A DNA stretch of 64,000 nt, from the NCBI GenBank assembly GCA_965219455.1, contig OZ244744.1:2880001-2944000 (forward strand), read 5' to 3'. The position numbers and the translations under genes are program-made. Numbering within the stretch: position 1 is the first letter of the stretch; each line of letters opens with the position of its first letter. Source of the DNA: Candidatus Latescibacterota bacterium (GTDB lineage: Bacteria > Latescibacterota > UBA2968 > GCA-2709665). This document shows positions 18,198 to 29,677 of the stretch, in pieces. The notes beneath the pieces are model-generated. The model was given only the letters and a program-made list of their open reading frames with translations. It searched no databases and was not told the DNA's origin.

Positions 18198-21100
18198 ATG
18201 GCCAATTCAAGGACCAGAATCAATCCGAAGACTATCCGGATGTCGCCCGGTCGCAGCCTCGGGTTCAAGACAGCGTTGCTTGCCGCGACGCTTCTCTGCC
18301 CCCGGCCCTGCTGGTCGATGGAAATCCGCCCGGTGACATCTCCGAACGGGAGGATGCTCGCGTATGCCGTCGAACGCGGCGAACGGAGGGCGCTGATGAC
18401 GGAAATATGGCTGGCGCGCGCCGTCGGCGCCAGTCCGGAACGGCTCAGGACCTATCCGGGCGCTGCGGGCCCCCTCGATTTCCTCCCTGATGGCAGCGCT
18501 CTTATCTATCTCGAACGGAGTCTCAGGTATCCCGCCTTCGGATCGTACCTCGCGGGTGGCCGCACCCTGCCGATTGTGAAGAACCGGATCTGGGTATTAG
18601 AGGTCGACAGAATGGACGAGAGCCGATGGCCGCTTCCGCCCGAACTGAATCCACTGGACGTTGCCGTTTCTCCGGACGGCAACTTGCTCGCGGTACGTGG
18701 TGAGTCGGACGGCGTGGTGGACGGGGGTAAGCCGGGGCTCTGGTCGGTCGACCGTAACGGACAGGCAACGCAACTATTGAGCGGCAGGACATCCGGCGAA
18801 CTGCGCTGGTCCGACGACGGTGGTAAAATCTATTTCGTCGAGAGCGATACGACGTCGAAAGCGATAAAGTTCGTTCACGTGGAAACCGGCCAGGTGGGCA
18901 CGGAAACCGTCCCCGACGACGCCAACATTCGCGCCGTCCCCGAGACCCCCCCCGCCGATTTCAAATCCACTCCGTCCGCACGTGAACAGATTTCCCTGCA
19001 AAGGGCTCTGGGCGAGCTTCAGAGAGGATTGAGCCGGTTGAGCCGGATGAACTCGGCCGTGCACCGGGCGGACCGCCACAGGGAAAAGGACGCGCGCAGG
19101 GCCGTTGAGCGGATGTTCGCGGGGCTCCACAAACATCACAAGGACCTCAGGATCTCGAAAGCGAGTTGCCTCGCCTACGTGGCGACGCTGCGCGAACAGC
19201 AACTCAGAACCACGTCCGCCGCACGGGAACATGCCTGCCTGGAACACATGTTTGTCCTGAATGACATGACGCTCCGCTACGCCGAAAAGCACGGCGCCGT
19301 TCCAGGTGACCACGGAATTTTGTATGATTGGGCGAAACAGAATATCGATATGCAGGCGTCCAGCGAAGCAGAACTCAGGCGAGACAGGGAAGTCCTCGAC
19401 ATTCTCTTTCGATGTCCGGCGATTTCCGAATCGAAACCGCTGGTCAAAAATCTCTACAGACCGAACGCCGCGCCCGGCATGCCGGTTCTGGCCTGTTTCT
19501 GGCACCCGGACCGGTATCTCCACCTGACGGAAACAGCGGACGGCCACCGGCTTGAGGCGATGGACATGCGTTCGGATACGGTCGACTCCCTCTTCGCCGT
19601 TGTGTTACAGCACGCGAAGGAGAACCGGCTCCGGGAGGCGGCGGCCCTGTTCCAACTCGTCGCCGTCCAGCGACCGAAGGATGCGCCCCTCCACATTGAT
19701 CTCGGGCACGCCTACTACCAGGCAGAAGACTACAAGCGTGCGATGTGGGCCTTCAAGAAATCCATCTCTCTATGGGGCGGCGCGAGGGCGTACCACGGCG
19801 TGGGCCTGGTGTATGCAGAGCTACCAAAGGAACGCAACCTGGCCATCCACTATTTCCAGGAGGCGCTTGCCCGGGATCACGGGTTTGTGGACGCCCGATA
19901 TCAGATCGCCAGGATGCGCTATCTGATGAGAGAGTACGACGTGGGCCGCGCCGTCGACCGGGTGTTGGAACTCGACCCGAAATACGCGGATGCCTACCTC
20001 CTGATGGGCGACTGGTACGCCAACTTCTGGAAGGACTACGAACAGGCCATTGTCTGGTACACCCGTTACATGGCGCTGCGACCCGGCGATTCCAGCCTGC
20101 GCAGCCGGCTGGGTATCGCCTACCTGATGATCGAAGACTACGAGAAGATCATGGCAAAGTTGCTGGGTTTCGTCGAGCGGAACCCCGATGCAATCGAACT
20201 GATGCCGATTGTCGCCCAGGCGTCCATGAAGCAGGGTAAGCCGGACATGGCGATGGAGTTTTTCCAGGACTATATCTCGAAAATTACGGCCGGCGATCGG
20301 GTCTTGTATGAAGACATCCGCCTTGTTTCGTCATCCGAGGAATATGATGAATTCAACGAAACCCCCGCGGCCGAACGCCGGGCATTCCTGAAACGATTCT
20401 GGAACGACCGGGATCCGGACCTGTCCACGCCGGTAAACGAGCGCGAGCTGGAACACTATCGGCGTGTGTGGCACGCGTTGACGGAATTCTCGAAAAACAA
20501 GCAGCCGTGGGACGTCAGGGGCGAGGTGTACATCCGGTTCGGGGAACCGGATCACCGTTCCAGATCCGATCAACCCAACTTTCGACAGAGCCTGGCCGTG
20601 CAGCGGGTCAAGGAACGCCTTGCCGCGGGCATCTATGGGGCCGACGGAATGGCGGCAACGTTTATGGGACCCGTCTTTCCCATACGCGGCCTGGGAAAAC
20701 TGGATGGGTCATTTTTCCAACTGAGAGATGTCGAAATGGAAAGCGCATCGTCTTTGGATACCGAGGGCGAGGGTGGTAGCGGCAATGAGAGCGGTGGACC
20801 AGGTCCGGCGGCCGGATCAGGTGGAGCGGGGCAACTACAACCACCATCCGAAGATACCTTGCGGATGGGCATCCTGCCTGTGGACAAGCGCCTGGGATTC
20901 GGCGACTATCACCCGGTTACGTCGGGAGAAGACATGGGCACGATCCCATGGGAAAATTGGATTTACACCGTTGCGGGCGGCGGCATTGAAATCACCTTTA
21001 CGGACGAATTCGGCTCCGGAACGTATGAATACGCCCCCATGCCGCCCAACCAGGGCGACATTTCGATCGGCCAGACCGCCAGATTAAGCACGCACTCTCC

Positions 21101-21980
21101 ACGATCCATTTACGCGCGGGCTGCCAGAGCCACACCCGATTACTATGCGCCCGAAGATGAGAAGCCCCCTCTCGATTTCCACTATTCGCTGGCTGACTTC
21201 CGGGGCGAGGATGGCAACAGCCTTCTCGAAGTCTACTACGGCGTCCCCATTCTTCCCGCCCACTACATGGGGGACGAGGATGTCACGCGGCAGGTACTGA
21301 CGCACCATGCGTCGCTCATTTCATCCTCGCTGGACACGGTCTACCGGCAAACGGATGGGTTGACGTACGAGGCTGCCGGCAACCAGGCCGGCGAGGGCAT
21401 ACTGGTTCCTGGCGTACTGAAGCTGACCCTGCCGCCGGGCGCCTACCGCCTGGAAGTGAAGTCGCAGGACCGCCTCAGAGGACGCATGGGCGCCTATCGA
21501 CAGCACGTCGTCGTGGAGCCGTATGGAAAAAGTCGACTGCAGATCAGCGATCTGGAACTGGCCTGGCAGGTTGCCGCGGAAAATGTAGACAACCGGTTCA
21601 GAAAGGGAGACCTGAACGTTGTCCCGATGCCCTCAAGAACTTTCAAAAGGGGACAGAGCGTATTCGTCTACTACGAAATCTATAACCTGGCGAAGGACGA
21701 GTTCGGACGGACGAACTACAACGTCTCCTATACGATTACATCCAGAGACACACCGGAACAGGTGAGCAATATTTCACGCCTGTTCCGGTGGCGAACCGGC
21801 AAGAGGGAAGAATTGGCTGTCACGTACGAACAGCAGGGCGAGTCCGGTGACGAAGTCGAATACGTGGAACTGGCGCTGGGTGAACAGACGCCAGGTCGAT
21901 ACTCTCTGAAGGTATCGATCACCGATAAAAACAGCCACGTGTCGGCGGAGAAAGACGCGGTCTTCGTCATCGCGCGATAG
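18198..21980 (+). CDS. Large TPR + GWxTD-domain exported protein, subfamily C (C1), with N-terminal TolB-like propeller segment; start may be 18240
   Basis: SPNG/SPDG/WSDDG propeller-type repeats; TPRs; FWNDRDPDLSTPVNE..EHYRRVWHA..PWDVRGEVYIRFGEPD; C-terminal SVFVYYEIYNL domain. Confidence 0.85.
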   Translation: MANSRTRINPKTIRMSPGRSLGFKTALLAATLLCPRPCWSMEIRPVTSPNGRMLAYAVERGERRALMTEIWLARAVGASPERLRTYPGAAGPLDFLPDGSALIYLERSLRYPAFGSYLAGGRTLPIVKNRIWVLEVDRMDESRWPLPPELNPLDVAVSPDGNLLAVRGESDGVVDGGKPGLWSVDRNGQATQLLSGRTSGELRWSDDGGKIYFVESDTTSKAIKFVHVETGQVGTETVPDDANIRAVPETPPADFKSTPSAREQISLQRALGELQRGLSRLSRMNSAVHRADRHREKDARRAVERMFAGLHKHHKDLRISKASCLAYVATLREQQLRTTSAAREHACLEHMFVLNDMTLRYAEKHGAVPGDHGILYDWAKQNIDMQASSEAELRRDREVLDILFRCPAISESKPLVKNLYRPNAAPGMPVLACFWHPDRYLHLTETADGHRLEAMDMRSDTVDSLFAVVLQHAKENRLREAAALFQLVAVQRPKDAPLHIDLGHAYYQAEDYKRAMWAFKKSISLWGGARAYHGVGLVYAELPKERNLAIHYFQEALARDHGFVDARYQIARMRYLMREYDVGRAVDRVLELDPKYADAYLLMGDWYANFWKDYEQAIVWYTRYMALRPGDSSLRSRLGIAYLMIEDYEKIMAKLLGFVERNPDAIELMPIVAQASMKQGKPDMAMEFFQDYISKITAGDRVLYEDIRLVSSSEEYDEFNETPAAERRAFLKRFWNDRDPDLSTPVNERELEHYRRVWHALTEFSKNKQPWDVRGEVYIRFGEPDHRSRSDQPNFRQSLAVQRVKERLAAGIYGADGMAATFMGPVFPIRGLGKLDGSFFQLRDVEMESASSLDTEGEGGSGNESGGPGPAAGSGGAGQLQPPSEDTLRMGILPVDKRLGFGDYHPVTSGEDMGTIPWENWIYTVAGGGIEITFTDEFGSGTYEYAPMPPNQGDISIGQTARLSTHSPRSIYARAARATPDYYAPEDEKPPLDFHYSLADFRGEDGNSLLEVYYGVPILPAHYMGDEDVTRQVLTHHASLISSSLDTVYRQTDGLTYEAAGNQAGEGILVPGVLKLTLPPGAYRLEVKSQDRLRGRMGAYRQHVVVEPYGKSRLQISDLELAWQVAAENVDNRFRKGDLNVVPMPSRTFKRGQSVFVYYEIYNLAKDEFGRTNYNVSYTITSRDTPEQVSNISRLFRWRTGKREELAVTYEQQGESGDEVEYVELALGEQTPGRYSLKVSITDKNSHVSAEKDAVFVIAR

Positions 21981-22034
21981 GATTGGTGGATACAACCTGC
22001 CATGTATTCGGCGGTGCGGGAGGAAGGGCACACT

Positions 22035-23135
22035 ATGTCCAGGCAAACCGTATTTGCGCTCGTTATGCTTTCGAGTCTTCCTTGCTGCGGTGGAAGTGTG
22101 CCAACACTTTCAGATTCTACAGACGACCTGACGGGTTTTGAAATCGCCGGACAAATGAAGGAAGCCCGCTACGGGCATTTTTCGGCACTGTTGCAGGACG
22201 GAAGGGTTCTTATCGGGGGAGGCGCCGCGAAGGGCGGATCAGGTGAATCTGCGACGTATCATAAGCGTGCTGAAATTTTCGATCCCGATACCGGAACTTC
22301 AACCCCCACGGGCAGCATCTCGAACCCGCGAATGGGAGACACAGGAATACTGCTGCCTGACGGCAGGGTCGTATTTGCAAGCCCTCTTCAGCATACCCGT
22401 GCAAGGACTTTCCCCGTGGAAATATTCGATCCACGAACCGGCAAATTTACGCCAATTCACTTCAATCCCGCATTCGAAAAAATCTCCAAGTCTATGTTAC
22501 TTTCAAATGGAAAGATTCTTGCATTCGGTCGATCCGGTGTAATCTCGACAATAGATCCTGAAACGGGCGAGTTTGAATTCAAGAACAGGCTGGCGGTCCC
22601 TCGCAGTGCCTATTCGTCGACGCCATTGCGGGATGGTCGCGTCTTGATCACGGGAGGTGTCTATCTTGAAGCCAGCGTGGTCAAGATTTCTCAGATCTAC
22701 GATCCGTCGTCCAACGATTTTACTGAGACCGGGGGGCTGATGCACGAACGGTTCCGACATCTGGCGCTGTTGCTTCAGGACGGTAGCGTGTTGATTGCAG
22801 GTGGCCGGAAGGGCAATCCGGCTTCTTCGGAGCCTGTTACTGGCGCCGAGCGATTCGATCCGACGACCAAGGCATTTTCAGAGGCAGGGAGCCCAGGCAG
22901 TGAACAAGCCTGGTCCGGACGTGTGTTACAAACAGGGAAGGTGTTCTTAATCCTCCGCAACGGCGACGTGGTGCTCTACGAACCGGAAAACGGGACATTT
23001 CATCCCACAGGCGACAGCATAGGGCGAGACTACAAGCTGTACACTCTGACGCTTCTTCGTGACGGCCGGGTGCTGGTTATTGGAGGAGAAAAGAACGGCG
23101 CGGCGACGGACCAGATCCTGGCATACAGACCTTAA
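22035..23135 (+). CDS. Kelch-repeat (galactose-oxidase-like propeller) lipoprotein K1
   Basis: RBS AGGAAGG; hydrophobic signal ending at Cys-Gly (LPCCGG); repeated R..H...L.DGRVL..GG...AEIFDP. Confidence 0.85.
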   Translation: MSRQTVFALVMLSSLPCCGGSVPTLSDSTDDLTGFEIAGQMKEARYGHFSALLQDGRVLIGGGAAKGGSGESATYHKRAEIFDPDTGTSTPTGSISNPRMGDTGILLPDGRVVFASPLQHTRARTFPVEIFDPRTGKFTPIHFNPAFEKISKSMLLSNGKILAFGRSGVISTIDPETGEFEFKNRLAVPRSAYSSTPLRDGRVLITGGVYLEASVVKISQIYDPSSNDFTETGGLMHERFRHLALLLQDGSVLIAGGRKGNPASSEPVTGAERFDPTTKAFSEAGSPGSEQAWSGRVLQTGKVFLILRNGDVVLYEPENGTFHPTGDSIGRDYKLYTLTLLRDGRVLVIGGEKNGAATDQILAYRP

Positions 23136-23244
23136 GCCGTCGTCGCGGCGGAATGCATCCTATACGATCACATTCAGAGACACACACGGCAGGGCGGGTA
23201 ACATCTTTCGGGTGCCCAGGCGAAGGAAGGCAAACGCGAAGAAC

Positions 23245-23700
23245 TCTCCGTCACACGTGCGCCCGCACTCTGAGGAAGCCGTCCGGCTGACGAAGCATCT
23301 CCTGATCGCGTGGGATGATGCCCGTGCGTCTGTCACGATCCTCGGCCTGCCAGGCAGCACATCCGTCCCCTGGACGGTGATTGACAATGATTAACGCGAT
23401 TGACTGTGATTAAACCGCATGAAGAGACTGTAAGTGATGTGATTTTGGGATTGACCTGGAGGGATTGATGGCGATAAGTAGAGATTAGATATCCATCGCT
23501 CGGCTGAATCCACGGATAAGCGCCTGTACCCTGAGCCGCTCCCTGAGCTTGAGGTCCCTGAGCTCGTCGAAGGGTCGAAGGGTCGGCGAAGGGTAGCCGA
23601 AACACGGACGCTTCGACAAGCTTGCTTCGACGGGCTCAGCACAGGCAATGACCACGTTTCGGTAGGCGCTTTTCGACTGCGCTCAGAATGACAGGGCGGT
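23245..23700. repeat. Cluster of REP-like palindromic intergenic repeats
   Basis: CCTGAGC..GTCGAAGGG / CTTCGAC..GCTCAG pairs at 23530-23645; TTCGACTGCGCTCAGAATGACA at 23672; repeat shared with 15420-15575. Confidence 0.7.
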
Positions 23701-24101
23701 CGATCATCAGGCCGGTGAGATCTCTTCGACGATCCCCGTCGCGGCAGGCAGGCCGCAAGTAAGACTCTAATCTCCTGTGCTCGGCATTCTCAATGTGTAC
23801 GTTCTGTTGAGCCACTCTATCTGAAGGTCGTTGTCAGCCCGGACTATCCCAGGCTGCTTCTGGATCGTTCCTACCGGTCATCCGCCGTTTTTTACTCGTC
23901 CTTCGAAGTCTGCCTCGTCTCCTGCCTGACGTTGCAAGGCAATTTCGGCACTCCAGCCGCCTTTCGCAGGCAATCGTATCCTCCCACCCATACGCGTTTC
24001 CATCAAACTAAATTCCGAAATAGATTCAAACTCACATCGGTAGGTCATTTTGTACCGAAAACGGCAAAAAGACCTGCTGCTCTGGTATATCCTCAGTCGC
24101 A

Positions 24102-24297
24102 TTTCAGATTTATTGAACCCGCCCGGCCCGGCCCGTGTCTTTTGTACCGGCAGAGGCGAATGTTGGTATCCGGTTTCGGAGCATTGGTAAATCGGAGACG
24201 CCCTCTGTTCCGAAACAGGTGCAGTTGGTGTCGTTTCGCGCACAGGATATCCAAACGCATGTGCTGTTTTTGTGCGATTCAGCCGGGAGGGTTCAAT
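24102..24297 (+). repeat. Second copy of the ~195-bp A-subfamily leader
   Basis: Aligns with 6125-6319; similarity continues into the CDS. Confidence 0.85.
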
Positions 24298-26775
24298 ATG
24301 AATTGGTTCAAGCTCTGCACGATTATCGTGACCGCGATTTTTTTCTCTTTAGGCGAAAGTTCGGCCAGAGGACTTTCTGTACAGGATATCTCACGGGTCG
24401 ATAGCTCTTATACAACCGGGATGGCCTATCTCGAAACAGGGGAACACGAGAATGCCGAACGGTGGTTTCGGGCGGCGTTAGATATCAACCCGAAACATGC
24501 ACCCTCTTACGTGGGGTTGGGTCATGTACACCTGAAAGCGGGAAACCTGAAGGAGGCTGAGAAAGCATTTCGTCAGGCTCTACGAAAGCGGAAGAACTAC
24601 GCGCCTGCCCTGAACGGGTTGGGCCTGGTGTTTCGAAAAACCGAGAAGATGCTGGATTGGGCAATCAAGTATTTTCGAAGTGCGTACCAGGCTGATCGCG
24701 GTTACGTGGAAGCGTACTATAATCTCGCGCAGACGTATCGTGAGATTGGCGATACGAAGGAACTGGATACGTACAAGAAACTGGTTAAGGTGGACCCGCA
24801 TCATTCGGATGCCTGGTTCCAGATTGGAAGGATCTACAAGGGTGGAAAAGCGGGTCGGTATCGAAATGCTCGAAAGGCGGAGGAAGCGTACCGGCGGCAA
24901 CTCGAGGTGAATCCACAACATTTCGGAGCACGGACGTATCTTGGCCAGGTGTTGAAGGAATCCGGACGGACGGATGAAGCGTTGGCAATGCTCAAAGCCG
25001 TTGTGGATACGCCGAATGCCCATCAGCGGCGCGCTTTTCTGGAACTGGCGGAGGTGTATCAGCGTGCCCGCGACCACGATGTGTCGGAAGTACTTCTGGA
25101 TGCTTTCCTGGAAGGTCTGTCACCCAATGAGCAGGCTGCATACTATGATTTGAGCCTGGTGGCGATTGGAGACGAACTGGCCCGTTTTCAGGAGGCGCCC
25201 GATGCGGAGCTTATGGCACTATCTGAAGCCTTCTGGGCGGGTAGAGACCCGGCGCCAGTGACGGCAGCCAACGAACGGTGGATCGAGCATTGCCGCCGGG
25301 TGGCGTACGCACGCGAGAATTTCGGCAGATTCGAATTTCCGTGGGATGCGCGCGGGGAGGTCTATGTGCGGTTTGGGGAGCCGGATCACATAAGTCGGTC
25401 GGATAACATCCTGTTTGAGACGGAACCGAGGGTCGTCGCCGTGAAAGAGAGGCTGATGAACCAGGCGCGTAATGCGGTCGGATCTCTGTTGCAGGCTCGC
25501 GAGGGCTGGGCAACTGCAAAGACAGCCAGCGACGCTATTGGCCCGATGAGTTCTACACTCAGAGAAATTGGGGCAACCGGCCACTACCGAAGTGCTCAGA
25601 GCGAGAGCGGCGTTGAACGATCCGAAGGTGCGAGCATGACGACCTCGGTCGACGAGGCTTACGCGCGTTCCGGGGCATTGATGGGCAAAGGTACGATCCG
25701 GGGTTGGCCGATCTATCCGGTTCTGGATAAAGTCTGGGAATACTGGATATATTCCGATGTAGGACGAGGGATCGAAGTCACCTTCACCCAGCCATATTTT
25801 CCGGGTCCCTACAAATACGCAGACCCGCCGTTGTCTATCGGAGAACCCAACCCCATTATTGCCCAGTTGTGGCAACGAACAAATCCCAGGGTTGTGGTGA
25901 ACTGGGCAGCCGCCAAAACGCCTTCGGTCTATCGTCCGGATTTCGCCACGGCCCCACTGGAGTTCTTCTATGATTCGGCCAGATTCAAAGGAATGGACGG
26001 CGCTGTGATGTTGGAGATTTACTATGGTATTCCTGTTAAAGATCTTTCGTTTAGAACTGGTGAGGACGGCAAGGCTACGGCATTCCTGAAGCGTGGATTT
26101 GCGCTTTTCGATGAGGACGGCCGTCGTGTTCACCGATCCGCTGAAGATATGGAGCTTTATTCCGAGGGGCCCCTGGATACGACGCAGGTTGCCTTTGTGC
26201 CGGCAATGGATCGGGTGTCGATGGCGCCGGGAAAATATCGAATGGCCTTGCAGATCCTGGATCAAACGTCGGAAAAATCCCAGGTCTACAACCAACAGAC
26301 ACTGATGAATTCGTTTGAAGGTGAGACCTTGATGGTGAGTGATATCCAGCTGGCCGCGTCAATCAGGCCGCAGGGCGGCGGCGAGTTTGGAAAGCGCGAT
26401 ATCCAGGTAATCCCAAATCCGAGTCGGGTGTTTCTGTCGAGTCAGTCGGTGTTCATATATTATGAAATCTACAATTTGAAGCGGGATGAATACGGAACAA
26501 CCAGGTACAACGTCTCCTATGAAATACGCGGAGTGGAAAAGAGGCCCGTCAGGGTAGATGTACTTGCGGCTTTAGGGAAACTTCTGGGAATGCGTGATGA
26601 GGGAGAGGTGATTAGTATCGAGTATGAACATGTCGGTAGTCAGGTGGATGATTATGGATATCTCGAACTGGATATGTCTAACACCGAGCCGGGAAAACAG
26701 ACATTGGTGGTTCAAGTGACGGATGAGAATAGCGGCCAAAAGGCCGCGTCTACTGCGTCGTTTTCGATCCAATGA
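24298..26775 (+). CDS. TPR + GWxTD-domain exported protein, subfamily A (A2)
   Basis: Same RBS/start as A1 (MNWFKLC); FWAGRDP..PWDARGEVYVRFGEPD. Confidence 0.85.
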   Translation: MNWFKLCTIIVTAIFFSLGESSARGLSVQDISRVDSSYTTGMAYLETGEHENAERWFRAALDINPKHAPSYVGLGHVHLKAGNLKEAEKAFRQALRKRKNYAPALNGLGLVFRKTEKMLDWAIKYFRSAYQADRGYVEAYYNLAQTYREIGDTKELDTYKKLVKVDPHHSDAWFQIGRIYKGGKAGRYRNARKAEEAYRRQLEVNPQHFGARTYLGQVLKESGRTDEALAMLKAVVDTPNAHQRRAFLELAEVYQRARDHDVSEVLLDAFLEGLSPNEQAAYYDLSLVAIGDELARFQEAPDAELMALSEAFWAGRDPAPVTAANERWIEHCRRVAYARENFGRFEFPWDARGEVYVRFGEPDHISRSDNILFETEPRVVAVKERLMNQARNAVGSLLQAREGWATAKTASDAIGPMSSTLREIGATGHYRSAQSESGVERSEGASMTTSVDEAYARSGALMGKGTIRGWPIYPVLDKVWEYWIYSDVGRGIEVTFTQPYFPGPYKYADPPLSIGEPNPIIAQLWQRTNPRVVVNWAAAKTPSVYRPDFATAPLEFFYDSARFKGMDGAVMLEIYYGIPVKDLSFRTGEDGKATAFLKRGFALFDEDGRRVHRSAEDMELYSEGPLDTTQVAFVPAMDRVSMAPGKYRMALQILDQTSEKSQVYNQQTLMNSFEGETLMVSDIQLAASIRPQGGGEFGKRDIQVIPNPSRVFLSSQSVFIYYEIYNLKRDEYGTTRYNVSYEIRGVEKRPVRVDVLAALGKLLGMRDEGEVISIEYEHVGSQVDDYGYLELDMSNTEPGKQTLVVQVTDENSGQKAASTASFSIQ

Positions 26776-26818
26776 AATGCTGTGTCTGGTTTTCTACCTG
26801 GTTCGAAGGGGCCGATAT

Positions 26819-29261
26819 ATGAATCCAGTAACGATGAAGCTGCCCGTTATCCTGACCGTCATTGTCCTGGCGACCACCAAAGCACCGGTGGGCGCTTTGT
26901 CCCAGGAGGACGCTGACAGAGTTGATCTACTGTACCAAAAGGGAACACAACTGGCAGAACGAGATTCACTGGCCGCCGCCGCCGCGCAGTTTCGGTCGGC
27001 GCTGAAGATCAATCCAAAGCATGCCCCCTCGTACGTCGAGTTGGGCCATGTCCACCTGAAAGCGGGAAATCTGAAGCAGGCTGAGAAAGCCTTCCGAAAA
27101 GCTTTGCGCAAGGACAAGGATTATGCACCCGCCTTGAACGGATTGGGTTTAGTTTTTCGGAATACGGACAAAATGCTGGATTGGGCAATCAAGTATTTTC
27201 GAAGTGCCTACCAGGCTGATCGCGGTTACGTGGAAGCCTACTATAATCTCGCGCAAACGTATCGTGAGATTGGCGATACGAAGGAACTGGATACGTACAA
27301 GAAACTGGTTAAGGTGGACCCGGATCATTCGGACGCCTGGTTCCAGATTGGTAGGATCTATACGCACGGGGAGGCCGGACGTTACCGGAATGCTCGAAAG
27401 GCGGAGGCGGCGTACCGGCGGCAACTCGAAGTGAATCCACAACATTTCGGAGCACGGACGTATCTCGGGCAGATAATGAAAGAATCCGGACGGACGGATG
27501 AAGCGTTGGATATGCTCAAAACCGTTGTAGGTACGCCGAATGCGTATCAGCGGCGCGCACTTCTGGAACTGGCGGAGGTGCATCAGACCGCCAGGGATCA
27601 CGATCTCGCGGACGCGCCTTTGCACGCGTACGTGGAGGGCCTGGAACCTGAGGAACAGGCGGTGTATTATGATTTGAGCCTGGTGGCGACCGCAGAGGAA
27701 CTGATAGGTTTTCAGGAGGCGACCGAGGAGGAGCGCAAGGCGTTATCTGAGGCGTTCTGGGCGGGGCGGGACCCTGCCCCAGCGACTGTGGCCAACGAAC
27801 GGTGGATCGAGCACTGTCGCCGTGTGGCGTATGCGCGTGAGCACTTCGGCGGGCACGAGTTCCCCTGGGACGCGCGTGGAGAGGTATATGTGCGCTATGG
27901 AAAGCCCGATCACATCAGTGCGTCCGAAGACATACGATTCGAGACGCATCCAGGGGTTCTGGCTGTGAAGGACCGATTGATGAACCAGGCGGGTGAAGCC
28001 TTGCCACACCTTCTATTGAGTAGGCGTATGATTAACTTTTATGGCTCTGGGAAAGAAAAGGGCATGGATGACGAGCAGACGTTATCCACGATTTTGGGTT
28101 ATCCGGTATACCCTGTGCGAGGCGTTTGGGAATACTGGATTTACACGAATGTCGGTCGCGGCGTGGAAGTGACGTTCGTACAGGAATACACGCCAGGCCC
28201 TTACAAGTACGCGGAGATGCCGCATGCGGGCGCCGATGTCTGGGTGGATGAGATCACAGGCCGAAATCCCGTTAAGAACCGGGCACTTCCCACCCACGAC
28301 GAACTCGGGGGTGACAAGCCTCGGACTGATATTCAGTTCAGGTCGAATTTGACCTGGCAACATTTGAACCCCGGTTTGGTGATGCATCGCGTGGCGCGCA
28401 AGACCCCGGAGATCTATGTGCAGGATTTCGCCACGGCCCCCCTCGATTTCTACTATGACTCGGCCCGATTCAAGGCAGACGACCGTTCGGTCAATCTGGA
28501 GGTCTATTACGGTATTCCCACGCGGGACCTGAACTACGTAAAGGGAGCGGACGGAAGGCTGACAGCATATTTAAAGCGTGGCGTGGCGCTGTACGACGAG
28601 GACAACAAGCCGGTGTATCGGTCGAGTGAGGAAATGGAGCCTATACACGTCGGGACCGGTGGATACCACGCAGATCGCATTTGTGCCGGAGATGGACCGT
28701 CTCTCTGCGGCGCCCGGTACCTATAGGCTTTCGGTGCAAATTCTGGACACGTCGTCGGATAAGTCCCAGGTTTACAACCGCGAGGTGGTTCTCTCTCCAT
28801 TTGGTGACGACTCACTGAGGATTAGTGATATCGAAATGGCGGCAATGATCCGTCCCAGCCGGGGCAGCAAATTCACGAAAGGGAAGATCGAGGTGGTGCC
28901 TAATCCGAGTCTGTTCTATATGCCTGGGCAGCCGGTGTTCGTTTACTACGAATTGTATAATCTGGTGAAGGATGAATACGGTGCGACAAAGTACCGGGTA
29001 TCATACGAACTGCATTCGTTGCATAGGGGGAATATAGCGGTCAGGACGTTGAATGCGCTTGGGAGGTTGGTCGGAATCGATAAAAAGGCGGAGGTTGTGA
29101 CCGTGGAATATGCGCACGAAGGCGACAGATCCGACGAGTACGGATACCTGGAACTGGATATGTCGAATACGGATCCGGGGCACCAGTTGTTGATTGTCAA
29201 GGTATCGGATGAGATTGCAGATAGCCGCGCAACGTCGGCGGTATCGTTTGCTATTCGATAG
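26819..29261 (+). pseudogene. TPR + GWxTD subfamily A protein (A3) split by a +1 frameshift at ~28640 (pseudogene or sequencing error)
   Basis: ORFs 26723-28726 and 28578-29261 join into a full A2 paralogue if one C is removed from ATGGAGCCTATAC (A2 reads MELYSEGP; A3 would read MELYTSGP). Confidence 0.8.
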
Positions 29262-29677
29262 CCTCTTTTATTCAAATACCCAAACTTACATGGATAGACA
29301 GGATGGACAGGATAAAAACCAAAAGAAGGACAAATACTCACTTTTCCGGGCCAAAGCGATGAATCCTCACCTCCTTAGACCCGCGCAACATCACACTGAC
29401 CAATCAGATTGCGCATTTCTTTAGATGCTGTCGTACAAGACTTCGCTAAATTTATCGAATACAACTGGTTATACAACACAACCACCTGTCTTCGTGAACA
29501 ATTCACCATAGGAATATTTTGGCAGTGGAAGGGAAGATATTTCGGTTGGCTGATCGAGGTATAATACGGCGATACTCCATGTACGGATCGCTGTTGACCG
29601 GAACATCGTCGGGGGATTGGGGCAATCCAGTTACTGTGGTCAACAACTTGCGAAGAAGCCGCACAAGGTTGACTTCA

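Noticed and set aside
23932-24297. Long N-terminal extensions in the ORF track (also 6251, 11421, 33781, 43849, 52738, 54341, 55752 and 60009 starts)
   Set aside because: They run through repeats or leaders; RBS position, signal peptides and paralogue alignment support the downstream starts.
29288-29315. Short CAGGAT tandem (GGATAGACAGGATGGACAGGAT)
   Set aside because: Single short low-complexity occurrence; no function can be supported.
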